Source of the DNA: Armatimonadota bacterium | GTDB lineage: Bacteria > Armatimonadota > Fimbriimonadia > Fimbriimonadales > GBS-DC | Length of the DNA stretch: 64,000 nt | NCBI GenBank assembly: GCA_037444405.1 | Contig: JBBIML010000009.1 | Location: 32,001-96,000 of the forward strand | Reading direction: 5' to 3' | Part shown: positions 18,574 through 29,041 of the stretch, piece after piece | Position numbering within the stretch: the first letter of the stretch is position 1 | How the letters are laid out: each line of letters begins with the position of its first letter | The notes under the pieces: generated by a model | What the model was told of the DNA's origin: nothing | Database searches by the model: none | The model's input: the letters and a program-made list of their open reading frames with translations, nothing else | Program-made: the position numbers and the translations under genes

Positions 18574-20382
18574 ATGGCAACGGTTGGAGCGTTAGGATTG
18601 CTGGATCGGTTGCGCCCGTATCGGCGGCGCGTGCGCTGGGTGCTGATGTGGCGCTGGGGGGCAATCGGTGGCTTTGTCGGCACACTCATCGCAATTGCGC
18701 TCGACGCGCTCGACTGGCTCGCTGTATTGAGCGTTCAACCCGTTGGGCTGGTGGCGAGTATCCTCGCAGGGATTCTGCTGGGCTGCCTCTATGCGCTGCT
18801 GATCCCGCTGCCGGCGCCCGCGCTGGCACAACTGATTGACCGCCGCGGTGGGCTGAAAGACCGCCTGCAGACCGCCCTGGAGCACACCGACGGCGAGCAT
18901 CTGTTTGACCAGCCGCTGATGGAGGATGCCCTTAATGCCCTGCTGTATCGTCGCCCTGCGGAGCTGTTCCGTTTCCGATTGGGCATCTGGCACGGGCTGT
19001 TCGCGCTGGCGCTGGTCGCCCTGCTCGGTTTCCACTTCCTGCCCCAGATACTGATGGCAATCAGCTCCGAGCGGCGTGAGCAGCAGAAGCAGGTACAGCA
19101 GGCGGCGAAACAGATTGAGCAGGTCGCCAAACCCATCATGGAGCGCGCCAGAAAGCCCGATGCGACCGAGCTGGAGAAGCGCATCGCCCGCAATATTGAA
19201 CTCTACTCCCGTCGCGCCCGACAGGGACGCATGAGCAAGCAGGAGGCGCTCGTGCGCTACAACAAGCTGATGGAAGAAGCTCGCAAATTGGAGGCGCAGA
19301 GCCAGAAGCAGCTCCAGCAGGCTGCACAGGAAGCCGCCACCGCAGGCGAGAAGCTCCGCCAGATCATAGAGAAACAGAACCAGCAACTGCAGCCCCTGCT
19401 GCAGCAGTTGCAGACGGAACTGCAGGCGCTCCAGCAACAGCTGCAGACGGGCAAAGATTCGCAGGGCAACCCGCTCAGCGCGGCGCAGCGCGCCAGCCTA
19501 CAGGAGCAGATTCGCCAGCTGCAGGCGACCCTGCAAGCCCTGCGCAACCCCTCCACTGCCAGCCTGCAGAACCAGATGAGCGAGCTGCAACGCCAGATTA
19601 ACGAGCTCCAGCGCCAGCTGCAGTCTGGACGCGACTCAAAAGGCATCCCGCTCAGCAAAGAGGCGATGGAAGCCCTCAAAAAGCAACTGGAACGGCTCCA
19701 GCGGCAGCTGCGGGCGCTCCAGCTTTCCGAGCAGGCGCGCGAGTTCCTGCGCAAACTGATGAACGACCCCAACTTCATCGAGGCGATGCACCGCCTGCAG
19801 GAGCTGGCGAAAAAGTGCCAGCAGCTGAACCAGAACCAGAGCCAGCAACAGCGCCAGCTCACGCAGGCAGAGATCGAGCGCATGGCACGCGAGCTCGAGA
19901 AACGGCTCGAAGAGCTGGCGAAACGCTACAGCAGCGACGAACAGATTCGCGAGCTGGCGAAGCAGATACTGGAGCAGGTCAAACGCATGAAGGAGCTGAG
20001 CCAGTGTCAGGGCGCCTGCTCGGGGCTGGGGCTGGCAGGCATGTGCTTCGGGCTGGGGGCAATCCCGCGCCCAGGCGGCGCGTGGGACAAGCACGACTAC
20101 TTCGGTCAGCCCGAAATGTTCAATCAGGGCGCGAAGAACCCCGAGCTCAAAATCCCGATGAAGAACACGCCCGTGTCGGGTCAGCCGCCGATGTTGCCCG
20201 GTCCAGCGGACTATGAGGAGTACGAGGCGCCGCCGACGCCTGGCGACAGCAGCGTGCCGCTCACGCAGGTTCTGCCCAGCTACCAGAAGAAGGCGGAGCA
20301 GGCGCTGGATAAGCAGAACATCCCCCCTGCCGAGCGCAAACGGGTCAAACGCTACTTCGAATCGCTCAGCAGCGGGCAATGA
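18574..20382 (+). CDS. Membrane-anchored Gln-rich coiled-coil protein (DUF4175-like architecture)
   Basis: N-terminal TM helices, IDRRGGLKDRLQTALE, long Q/E/L coiled coil with a duplicated QLQ.G.DS.G.PLS unit, C-terminal IPPAERKRVKRYFESL. Confidence 0.7.
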   Translation: MATVGALGLLDRLRPYRRRVRWVLMWRWGAIGGFVGTLIAIALDALDWLAVLSVQPVGLVASILAGILLGCLYALLIPLPAPALAQLIDRRGGLKDRLQTALEHTDGEHLFDQPLMEDALNALLYRRPAELFRFRLGIWHGLFALALVALLGFHFLPQILMAISSERREQQKQVQQAAKQIEQVAKPIMERARKPDATELEKRIARNIELYSRRARQGRMSKQEALVRYNKLMEEARKLEAQSQKQLQQAAQEAATAGEKLRQIIEKQNQQLQPLLQQLQTELQALQQQLQTGKDSQGNPLSAAQRASLQEQIRQLQATLQALRNPSTASLQNQMSELQRQINELQRQLQSGRDSKGIPLSKEAMEALKKQLERLQRQLRALQLSEQAREFLRKLMNDPNFIEAMHRLQELAKKCQQLNQNQSQQQRQLTQAEIERMARELEKRLEELAKRYSSDEQIRELAKQILEQVKRMKELSQCQGACSGLGLAGMCFGLGAIPRPGGAWDKHDYFGQPEMFNQGAKNPELKIPMKNTPVSGQPPMLPGPADYEEYEAPPTPGDSSVPLTQVLPSYQKKAEQALDKQNIPPAERKRVKRYFESLSSGQ

Positions 20383-20601
20383 TGCGGCTGGACGGAACCA
20401 AATAAGGGGCGCGGTCACCACACCGTACACGCCCTTAGCCGGACACTCTCCGCTTCGTTCACGGAGGGGGCTACAGCGACAGTTTTCAGGGTGGGTTAAC
20501 AGCGCAGCCAGAATCACGCCTGCCGACTGTTTTTAAGCAGGAATCGCTGTCAGCACGGCGTATAGACAAGGCAGCGACTCTCTGAGCAGGAGGACACAGC
20601 G

Positions 20602-20700
20602 ATGGCACAGGTGACTTTGCAGATGCTGAAGGACTATCTGGAGCGGTTCGGCTGGAGCCGCTACAAGGCGGTGGATGAACCCTTTGAAAAGGAGGTGTGA
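20602..20700 (+). pseudogene. 32-codon ORF with a strong RBS; probable 5' remnant of a longer (possibly YbjN-like) gene
   Basis: AGGAGG-N7-ATG, MAQVTLQMLKDYLERFGWSRYKAVDEPFEKEV*, host-like codon usage; ends in the AAGGAGG that serves as the next RBS. Confidence 0.45.
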
Positions 20701-20710
20701 GCCTTACCTG

Positions 20711-23391
20711 ATGATTGCAGGTTATGACGCCGAAGCGCAGATGGTGTGGCGTTGCGCGAAGGCGCGCGCTATCGAAGCGGGGCGCGCCCTTAGCCTGGAG
20801 GATCTCTGGTGGGGCTTATGGGCGGTTCTCGCCCCGCTTCAGCCCGACATCACCCTGCCTGAAAGCGTTCAGCAGGAGCTGGAGCGCCTGCGGGCGCTAA
20901 ACCCAGAGGCGCGCGTCGCCGTGGACGAAACGGTCGAGCAGTTCCACAAGCGCGTCCGGCAGCGCTGCCGTCAACAGTGGCGCGACGAGGCAACGCCGCA
21001 CGATATGCTCCAGGCGATTCTGGAGATGAATCACCCCAGCGTGCAGGCGCTGGTGCAGGCGTGGGGGATTGAGCTGCCCATGACGCAGGCGCCCCAGCCC
21101 CCGATCACGCTCCCACCCGAAGCACTGCGCGCCCTCCAGCCCTATACCATCAACCTGACCCAACTGGCAGCGGAGGGCAAGCTGACCCCCGCCTATGAGC
21201 GCGACGCGGAACGCGAGGCGCTCGTGCTGGGACTGCTCAGCCGTACCAAGCCGAATGTCGCGCTGGTCGGACCCGCCGGCGTCGGCAAGACGAAGCTGGT
21301 GGAAGACCTCGCGTTGCGGATTCATCGGGGCGAAATCCCGCCGCTACGGGGCTACACGGTTCTGCAGCTCAATCTGACCGCCCTGCGCGCGGGCGTGCAG
21401 TATCACGGCACGATGGAGGAGCGATTCGAAGCCCTGCGCCAGGTGCTGGAACGCTACAGCGACCGCATCATTCTGTTCATCGACGAGCTGCATACGATTG
21501 TGGGCACGCAGGTCAGCGGACACACGATGGATCTGGCGAACGCGCTCAAGCCGCTGCTTGCATCGGGCAAGGTGCGCTGTATCGGCGCCACCACGCGCCA
21601 GGAATATGTCCAGCACATCGAAGCCGACCGCGCGCTGGCGCGCCGCTTTCAGGTCGTCACCCTGCAGGAACCCTCCACAGAAACCATGCGCCGTATCCTG
21701 CGCGAGGCGCGCGCCGCCTATGAACAGCACCACGGCGTGCGCTACCCCGATGAGACGCTGGAGACCATCCTGGAGCTGTGCGAGCGCTTCATGCCGGGGC
21801 GCCACTATCCCGACAAAGCGATTGATCTGCTGGACGCTGCGGGCGCGCTGGTCGCGCTACAGGGCGCGGGTGAACCATCCCGCACGGTGCAACCGCAGGA
21901 TGTTTATCACGCGCTCGCCAAACGCCTGCAAATCCCGCTCGATACGCTGCAGCTGGAGATCTATCCGAATCTGGCGCAACATCTGGCGCAGGTGGTGCTG
22001 GGGCAGGAAGTCGCCCTCCAGCAGATTGAGGAGGTGATCCAGCAAAGCCTGTCGGCGCGCGAGCCTGCCGCTGGCGTGCGACTGGCGATGCTCTTTGTGG
22101 GACCGCCGAATGTGGGCAAGACACTCACGGGCGCACCCTCGCCCAGCTGCTGTGTCGCAACGAGAAAGCGTTCCTTGAGCTGGACCTGCGCACGCTAGTG
22201 CGGCGCTACGCGCTCAGCGCCGACGAGCTGGACACCCTTATCGGCGTCAAACCGCCCTACATTGGCTGGGAACGCGGCGGCATGTTGACCAACCATGTGA
22301 TCGAGTTCCCGCGCTGTGTCATCTACCTGCGCGGCATCGAGCAGACCACGCCTGCCGTGCAGGATCTGTTTCGCGCCATCCTCGAGAAAGGCTTCTGTGA
22401 AGACGGGCGCGGTCAGCAGGTCACCTTCCGCGAAGCCATTCTCATCTTCGCGCACGATATGGGCGTTGAGACGGAGCGTCGCATCGGGTTCGGACGCCAG
22501 CCCACCCAGCCCGCCGCCCTCTTCGATCCATCCCGCCTGATGCGTCAGCTGGAAGAGAGCGGCTTCCCTGAAGCCATTCTGGATTGCATCAGCGCGGTTG
22601 TGCCGTTCCAGCCGCTGGATTCGGCAACCCTGTACGCGATTGCGGCGCGCGCCCTCGAACAGCTCCAACGCCGATTCTACGAACAGGAGGGTAAAGCCCT
22701 GCAATATGAGCCTGCCCTGCTCGACTGGCTGCTCCAGTCCGATACCGACATTCAGCCGGAGGACATCCAGCGCCGCATCGAGCAGGTGCTGCGACCGCTG
22801 CTCCGTCGCGCTAAAATCCAGCTAGCTGAACAGTGGAACCAGATTGAGACGGTGCAGCTGCGTCTCAACCTCCATGAGCCAGAGGCGACGCCCCCGCGCC
22901 CCCGAATCCTCGTCTACGATGATCTGCCGGACTTCCATCAGGCGCTGCAAGAGCAGTTCCCCGACTTCGAGTGGTTCCATGCGAGCGATCTGGAGACCGC
23001 CGCCACGCTTTTACGGCAGCATCGCCCCCACCTCGTGCTGATCGACACCTGTCTGCAAGCGAGTGATCCTGCGGACACGGGCGGCATCCATGTGCTGCAG
23101 ACCCTCAGGCAGCGCCATCCCGAGCCGCTCTACATCCTTGTGACGGCGCAGGCGGTCGGCTTTGAGACCACCCGCGAAGCCTTTCGCGCAGGCGCGTACG
23201 ACTATCTTTACAAGCCCCCCAATGAATCGGTCCTGCGTCAGCTGGCGCAGACCCTGGTCGAACGCGAGCAACAGCAACGGAAGCTGGCGCTCCAGCAGTC
23301 GCTGCTCCAGCACTACCAGAACCTCACCGCCCAGGTGCAGTTCCAGCAGGGCGTTGCGCTTATCAGCCTCCAGCAATCCCAACCTGTGTGA
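20711..23391 (+). pseudogene. ClpA/ClpB-like AAA+ ATPase with a C-terminal receiver domain; 1-nt frameshift at about 22130
   Basis: NBD1 GPAGVGKT, LFIDELH, IGATT, DRALARRF, PDKAIDLLD; NBD2 GPPNVGKT. The frame switches at acg-gg-cgc-acc (22127-22137). REC domain ILVYDD...VLIDT...LVTA...YLYKP. Confidence 0.85.
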
Positions 23392-23457
23392 GATGGTTTG
23401 AGCAGGGGCGCGTTTTCCCTCCTGTACGCGTTCCGCAGGGGCTTTCGGGAACTCTGT

Positions 23458-24987
23458 TTATTGAGGCGTGGTGGGTGGAGGGGATGTGGGGGTGGAACCG
23501 CTCGCTTCAGGTGAGCGCACGGTGATGGTTACCTTCGCCTGTGCGGGACGACCGTCGGCGTCATAAGCCGTAAGCGTGTAGGTGGTGGTGGCGCTGGGTG
23601 TGACGATGAACTCGCCTGTGGTGGGCGACACCTCGCCGATGCCGTTATCGATGACCACGCGCCGCGCGTTCTGGACCTCCCAGCGCAATGTTGCGCTCTC
23701 ACCCGCGTTAATCGTGGCGGGCGTCGCCTCAAAACGCTCAATCTGCGCCTGCGAGGGGTCAACCACCTCCACGCGCACCGTCTTGCTCACCATCTTACCC
23801 GCGCTGTTGCGAGCAATCAGCTGGTAGTCCGTCGTACGCGAGGGGCGATGCTCAAAGCCGGGTGTGAGCGGGTCGAGCTTTTGACCGGGCGGGAACAGAA
23901 TGAGCTCGGTTGCGTTTTTGACCTCCCAGCGCAGGATCACCGATTCGCCGCGCTTGACCGTGGGCGGGTCGGCGAAGAACTTCGCGATGGCGGGTGGGGG
24001 CGGCTCGGGCGCGTTCTGCACAATCACCACCACCTCCGCCATGCGCTCCCCGTACCGATTGCGAGCAATGAGCCGATAAGTGGTCGTGGTGGTCGGTTTG
24101 ACCTCCACCGATTGCGTCTTGCTGGGATCGAACTCGCCCACTGCCGGCATGATGATGACCTGATCGGCGTTCCGCACACGCCAGCGCAGGCTGGTGGTCT
24201 CGCCGGCGGTGATGTGCGCGGGATCGGCGATGAACAGCTCGATTTCGACGGGGCGCGGGCGTGTGTACGCCCATACCATCAGCAACAGCGCGAGCATCAG
24301 CAGGAACACAACGGTGGTGGGGCTGATCAGGGCGCGGCGCTCCAGCTGACCCTGCACATGGGCGGAGCGCATCGGGTCTTCCGCGCTGCGCGCCGCAATC
24401 GTGAAACTGTAGAGAGTGGGGTTTGCCAGCAGGGGGAGCTGGCGCGGCTGAACGGTGAGCAGCACCCTGCGCGTCTCACCTGGCACCAGACGGAGCTGTT
24501 CCCGCTCCCACTCAAACGCCAGCGCGTCTTCAGGGTCGGACGCGAACAGGTTCACCGTCTGCTCCGTGTTGCCGAGGTTGCCGACGGTGACCTCATAGTC
24601 TGCCTGCTTGCGCAGGGGTGAAGCGGCGGCGCGTTTGGGTGCGACTTCGAGGGTCAGCATGCTGTAGGGGCGGATCACGAGGCTGGCTTGCGCCACACCG
24701 CTCTCGCCGTTCTCCAGCGACCGCGCCCGAATCACGATCGGATAGACACCCGCGCGGCTCTCCACACTGCGCGGCGGGTGAAACAGGATGCGCTCCTGCA
24801 CCTCTTCGCGGGGCGCCAGCGTGAACGACGGGATGGGGATGGCGCACCACTCCGCGTCGATGCCCTCCACTTCCAGCGCCACCTGGTCGGACTGGTCGCT
24901 CTCGTTGCGCACCGTCGCTATCAGCTGTGCCGACCCGCCCGGCTCCACCTGCACCTCGTCCTGCCCCAGCTGCACGCGAATCGCCAT
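23458..24987 (-). CDS. Single-TM protein with multiple Ig-like/beta-sandwich repeats
   Basis: Two N-terminal beta-rich domains, one TM, three repeats of IE.F.A.P..I..GE...LRW.V.NA...TTTY.L.A. Confidence 0.75.
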   Translation of the reverse strand: MAIRVQLGQDEVQVEPGGSAQLIATVRNESDQSDQVALEVEGIDAEWCAIPIPSFTLAPREEVQERILFHPPRSVESRAGVYPIVIRARSLENGESGVAQASLVIRPYSMLTLEVAPKRAAASPLRKQADYEVTVGNLGNTEQTVNLFASDPEDALAFEWEREQLRLVPGETRRVLLTVQPRQLPLLANPTLYSFTIAARSAEDPMRSAHVQGQLERRALISPTTVVFLLMLALLLMVWAYTRPRPVEIELFIADPAHITAGETTSLRWRVRNADQVIIMPAVGEFDPSKTQSVEVKPTTTTTYRLIARNRYGERMAEVVVIVQNAPEPPPPAIAKFFADPPTVKRGESVILRWEVKNATELILFPPGQKLDPLTPGFEHRPSRTTDYQLIARNSAGKMVSKTVRVEVVDPSQAQIERFEATPATINAGESATLRWEVQNARRVVIDNGIGEVSPTTGEFIVTPSATTTYTLTAYDADGRPAQAKVTITVRSPEASGSTPTSPPPTTPQ

Positions 24988-25104
24988 AAAACCGTGTGCA
25001 TTATACCCGCCCGTCGGGTATCCTTTTCGAAAACGCCATGCGGTGGGCTATCTCGCGAAGGTGCGGCACGGTCAGCGCGTCCTTACTTCAGGAGGGCGAG
25101 CGCG

Positions 25105-25575
25105 ATGGAAGGCGAGCTTCTCGTGCAGGCGAAGCGGCAGGCGCTGCGCTGGATCCGCGCGCGGGACCACTCGCGCCAGGAGATGGAGCAGCGGCTGCGG
25201 GCGAAAGGCTTCCCGGAGCCGATCGTGCAGCAGACACTCGAATGGCTGCTGCAGGAGCGATGGCTCTGTGATGAGCGGGTTGCCCAGCGGTTAGCGGAGC
25301 GGCTGGAAGAGACAGAGCCATCGGGACGGCAACGGATTGAACGCGAATTTGCGCGGCGCGGGCTGGAACCGCCCGCAACGCTTGCCAGCGACGAAGAGAG
25401 CCGCGCGGTGCGGGCGCTCCAGCAACGGTTCGGCGAGCCGACCCCACCGCCCGACATGCGCACAGTCGCCCGCTGGTTCCGATTCCTCATCCAGCGCGGA
25501 TTCGAACCAGAGGTCGCCGAGCACGCCCTCCACCAGTGGAACCCTTTTCTGGACGATGTGCGTATCGATGAGTAA
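25105..25575 (+). CDS. recX: Regulatory protein RecX
   Basis: GGAGGG before ATG 25105; ALRWIRARDHSRQEMEQRLRAKGF, WLCDERVA, FLIQRGF; lies upstream of rny. Confidence 0.85.
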   Translation: MEGELLVQAKRQALRWIRARDHSRQEMEQRLRAKGFPEPIVQQTLEWLLQERWLCDERVAQRLAERLEETEPSGRQRIEREFARRGLEPPATLASDEESRAVRALQQRFGEPTPPPDMRTVARWFRFLIQRGFEPEVAEHALHQWNPFLDDVRIDE

Positions 25576-25628
25576 AGCCTATCCGATCCGTTGCACGGGT
25601 CGGACGACGCTAACAGGAGGCGAATCCG

Positions 25629-27224
25629 ATGGAAACGATTATCTGGATAACCGCTGTCATTATTGCGGCTGGTTTATCGGCAGGTATCAGCTATCGAGTC
25701 GCGGTGCGACGGTTCCAGCAGAACCTCACCGTGCAGGCAGAGGACTGGATTCAGCAAGCACGGAATCAGCTCGAAGAGGCACAACGGATCAGGGCAACGG
25801 TGGAGCAGGAGCGGGCGCAGTTCGAGCGCGAGCGCGAGACGCTCATGCGCGAGACGCTGCTCAAAGCCCGCGAGGAAGCCCAGACCATCCGCGAGCAGAC
25901 CGAGCAGGAGCTGCGCGAGAAACGCAACGAGGTGCTGCGACTCGAACAGCGACTGCTCCAGCGCGAAGAGCTGCTCGAACACCGATTCGAACTGCTGGAG
26001 CAGAAGGAGCAGGCGCTGCTGGAGCGCGAAGCGCTGCTTACCAAGAAGCAGGGCGAACTGCGCGAGCTGATGGCGCAACGGCGTTTCGAACTGGAGCGCA
26101 TCAGCGGCATGAGCGCGGACCAGGCGCGCGAACTGCTGCTGAACGAGTTTCGGGACGAGCTGGAACATGAGGCAGCTATCCTTGCCCGCCAGATCGAGGA
26201 GGAGACCCGCCGCGACGCCGAACGCCGTGCCAAACAGATTATCCTCGACGCTATCCAGCGCTGCGTGGTCGAACATGTCGGCGCGAACACCATCACGATT
26301 ATCCACCTGCCCAGCGATGAGATGAAGGGGCGCATCATCGGACGCGAGGGACGCAATGTGCGCCATTTTGAGCATGTAACGGGCGTCGATGTGATTGTCG
26401 ACGACACGCCCGAAGCGGTGGTGCTGTCATCGTTTGACCCTGTGCGCCGCGAGATCGCCCGCATGACGCTGGTGAACCTTATTCAGGATGGGCGCATCCA
26501 TCCTGCGCGAATCGAGGAGGAGTACGAGCGCGCTCGCGTCGAGATCGAGCGGCGCATCTGGCAGGCGGGCGAGGAAGCCGTGCTGCAGGTCGGGCTGACA
26601 GGCATGCACCCTGAGGTGGTACGCACGCTGGGCAAGCTGCGCTACCGCACCAGCTACGCCCAGAATGTGCTGGACCACTCCATCGAGGTCGCCCAGATCG
26701 CGGGGCTGCTCGCCGCTGAACTCAAGCTCGATACGCGCATCGCCAAACGCGCCGCCCTGCTGCACGACATCGGCAAAGCGCTCGACAACGCCACCGAGGG
26801 TCCCCACGCGATTGGGGGCATGGAGTTCCTGCAGCGCTACGGCGAATCTGAAATTGTGTGCAACGCCGTCGGCGCCCACCACTTCGATATCGAGCCTGCC
26901 AGCCTCGAAGCGCATGTGGTGATTATCGCCGACTCCATCTCGGCGGCGCGCCCCGGCGCACGGCGCGAATCGCTCCAGCAGTACCTGCGCCGCATGCAGG
27001 AGCTGGAGCGAATCGCCATGAGCTTCGACGGCGTGGAGAAGGTGTACGCGGTTCAGGCGGGACGCGAGGTGCGCGTGCTGGTCAAACCGAACGAGGTGGA
27101 TGACCTGCGCGCCCATCAGCTCGCCCGCGAAATCGCCCACAAAATCCAGTCCGAGCTGGAGTACCCCGGACAGGTGAAGGTAACGGTCATTCGCGAGGTG
27201 CGCGCCCATCATATCGCGCATTGA
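25629..27224 (+). CDS. rny: Ribonuclease Y
   Basis: N-terminal TM, coiled coil, KH motif EMKGRIIGREGRN, HD motif LLHDIGK, SAARPGAR, YAVQAGREVRV. Confidence 0.97.
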   Translation: METIIWITAVIIAAGLSAGISYRVAVRRFQQNLTVQAEDWIQQARNQLEEAQRIRATVEQERAQFERERETLMRETLLKAREEAQTIREQTEQELREKRNEVLRLEQRLLQREELLEHRFELLEQKEQALLEREALLTKKQGELRELMAQRRFELERISGMSADQARELLLNEFRDELEHEAAILARQIEEETRRDAERRAKQIILDAIQRCVVEHVGANTITIIHLPSDEMKGRIIGREGRNVRHFEHVTGVDVIVDDTPEAVVLSSFDPVRREIARMTLVNLIQDGRIHPARIEEEYERARVEIERRIWQAGEEAVLQVGLTGMHPEVVRTLGKLRYRTSYAQNVLDHSIEVAQIAGLLAAELKLDTRIAKRAALLHDIGKALDNATEGPHAIGGMEFLQRYGESEIVCNAVGAHHFDIEPASLEAHVVIIADSISAARPGARRESLQQYLRRMQELERIAMSFDGVEKVYAVQAGREVRVLVKPNEVDDLRAHQLAREIAHKIQSELEYPGQVKVTVIREVRAHHIAH

Positions 27225-27328
27225 GCCGTGCGGGGGTAGGACACCCTGCCCCCGCGCCAGAACGGGTATACTTCTGGAGCAACCTTCGGGAGCAAGCAAA
27301 CAACGCTTTTATGGGAGGTCATTCAATC

Positions 27329-28261
27329 GTGAGCGATGTGGTTATCAAAACGGTTAACCTGACCAAGCGCTACTCCAGCTGGTGGGGTAGCCAGACGGTG
27401 GACGCCGTGAAAAACCTCAATCTGGAGGTGTATCGCGGCGAGATTTTCGGCTTTCTGGGTCCCAACGGCGCGGGCAAGACGACCACCATCAAGGTGCTGC
27501 TGGGCATTCTATATCCCACTTCCGGCGAAGCCTATGTGCTGGGCAAGCCGGCGGGCGATTCGGAGACCCACTATCGCCTGAGCTATCTGCCCGAAAACCC
27601 CTACTTCTACGAATATATGACGGGCAAGGAGATTCTCACCTTCTACGCGCGCCTGTTTGGCATCCCGGAGCCGGAGCGCAGCAAGCGCGTGGATCAGCTG
27701 CTCGATCGGGTCGGGCTGTCCCGCGCGGCGAACCAGCCCCTGCGCAACTACTCCAAGGGCATGCTCCAGCGAATCGGGCTGGCGCAGTGCCTGCTGAACG
27801 ACCCCGAACTGTTGATCCTGGACGAGCCGACCGCAGGGCTGGACCCCATCGCCCACATCGACATCCGCGACCTGATACTGGAGCTGCGCGAGCAGGGCAA
27901 AACGCTCTTTATCAGCTCGCACCAGCTCTCCGATGTGGAGATTGTGTGCGACCGCGTGGCAATCCTCAATAAGGGCGAACTGGTTCAGCTGGGCAAGCTC
28001 GAAGACCTGCTCTCCGGCGGCTATGTGGAGATGATTGCCGAGAAGGTGGGCGAGAATGTGCTGGAGCCAATCCGTCAGCTGGGCGGGCGACCCAGCCTGC
28101 ACGACGGACGCCTGATCGTCGAACAGCCCGACGACGGCTCCATCGACCGTGTGATTGATCTGGTGCGGGCGAACGGCGGACACATCATCAGCGTCAAGCC
28201 CTACCGTCGCACGCTCGAAGACCTGTTCGTGGAAACCATTCAGGGAGGGCGCAAACGATGA
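27329..28261 (+). CDS. ABC transporter ATP-binding protein (ABC-2 type)
   Basis: GPNGAGKTT, YSKGMLQR, LILDEP, SSH; GGAGG before GTG 27329. Confidence 0.93.
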   Translation: MSDVVIKTVNLTKRYSSWWGSQTVDAVKNLNLEVYRGEIFGFLGPNGAGKTTTIKVLLGILYPTSGEAYVLGKPAGDSETHYRLSYLPENPYFYEYMTGKEILTFYARLFGIPEPERSKRVDQLLDRVGLSRAANQPLRNYSKGMLQRIGLAQCLLNDPELLILDEPTAGLDPIAHIDIRDLILELREQGKTLFISSHQLSDVEIVCDRVAILNKGELVQLGKLEDLLSGGYVEMIAEKVGENVLEPIRQLGGRPSLHDGRLIVEQPDDGSIDRVIDLVRANGGHIISVKPYRRTLEDLFVETIQGGRKR

Positions 28262-29037
28262 ACGCCACTTTTGCGATTGCGGGTGCAACCTTTGGCGAAG
28301 CGGTGCGCAAGCGCGTGCTGATGGTCATCTTGCTAACCGCGCTGGTGATTATTCTGATCAGCCCCGCGTTCGAGCCGTTCGCCGGACGCGGGCAACGCAC
28401 GCTGGTGCTGAGCTTCGGCTTCGGCATTATTCAGCTGGCTGGAACCTTCATCGCGATTATCCTCTGCACAGGGCTGATCCCCAACGAGATTGAGCGGCGC
28501 ACCATCTACACCATTCTATCCAAGCCGGTTCAGCGGTGGCAGTTCGTGCTGGGCAAGCTGCTCGGCGCGATTGGCACGCTCGCCTTCATCTACGCCATGA
28601 TGGGGCTGGTGTTCCTGCTGGTGACACGCCTGTCGCTGGGCGAGTTCAACATCGATGTGCTGAAAGGCATCGTGATGTTCTTCTTCCAGAGTTCGCTGCT
28701 GGCTGCCGTCACGCTCTTCTTCTCCACCTTCGTCTCGCCGCTGGTGAACTACTTCCTGTCGGCGGGCGTGTTCCTGATGGGCAACCTGATGAGTACTTTT
28801 CTGGAAACGATTCAGCGCAATCCTGAAGTGACGCCGCTCACGCGCGTGCCCGTGCAGATTCTTACCCTCATACTGCCCAACTTCGCCAACTTCAACATCC
28901 AGAACCCCATCATCAATCCCGAACAGGTGCTGACCGACGAGACGGCGTACTTCATCCAGACGATTGCCTACGCGATTGTGTATATCGCGCTGCTGCTGGT
29001 GGGCAGCATCCTGATTTTCAATCAGCGGGAGATGTGA
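28258..29037 (+). CDS. ABC-2 type permease
   Basis: About six TM segments, EIERRTIYTILSKPVQRWQFVLGK; translationally coupled to the ATPase gene. Confidence 0.88.
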   Translation: MNATFAIAGATFGEAVRKRVLMVILLTALVIILISPAFEPFAGRGQRTLVLSFGFGIIQLAGTFIAIILCTGLIPNEIERRTIYTILSKPVQRWQFVLGKLLGAIGTLAFIYAMMGLVFLLVTRLSLGEFNIDVLKGIVMFFFQSSLLAAVTLFFSTFVSPLVNYFLSAGVFLMGNLMSTFLETIQRNPEVTPLTRVPVQILTLILPNFANFNIQNPIINPEQVLTDETAYFIQTIAYAIVYIALLLVGSILIFNQREM

Positions 29038-29041
29038 GACG

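Noticed and set aside
20383..20535. Riboswitch in the intergenic region with two hairpins
   Set aside because: Hairpins are present (taagggg/cccttag, ctctccg/cggaggg) but no aptamer consensus is recognisable; may simply be terminator-like.
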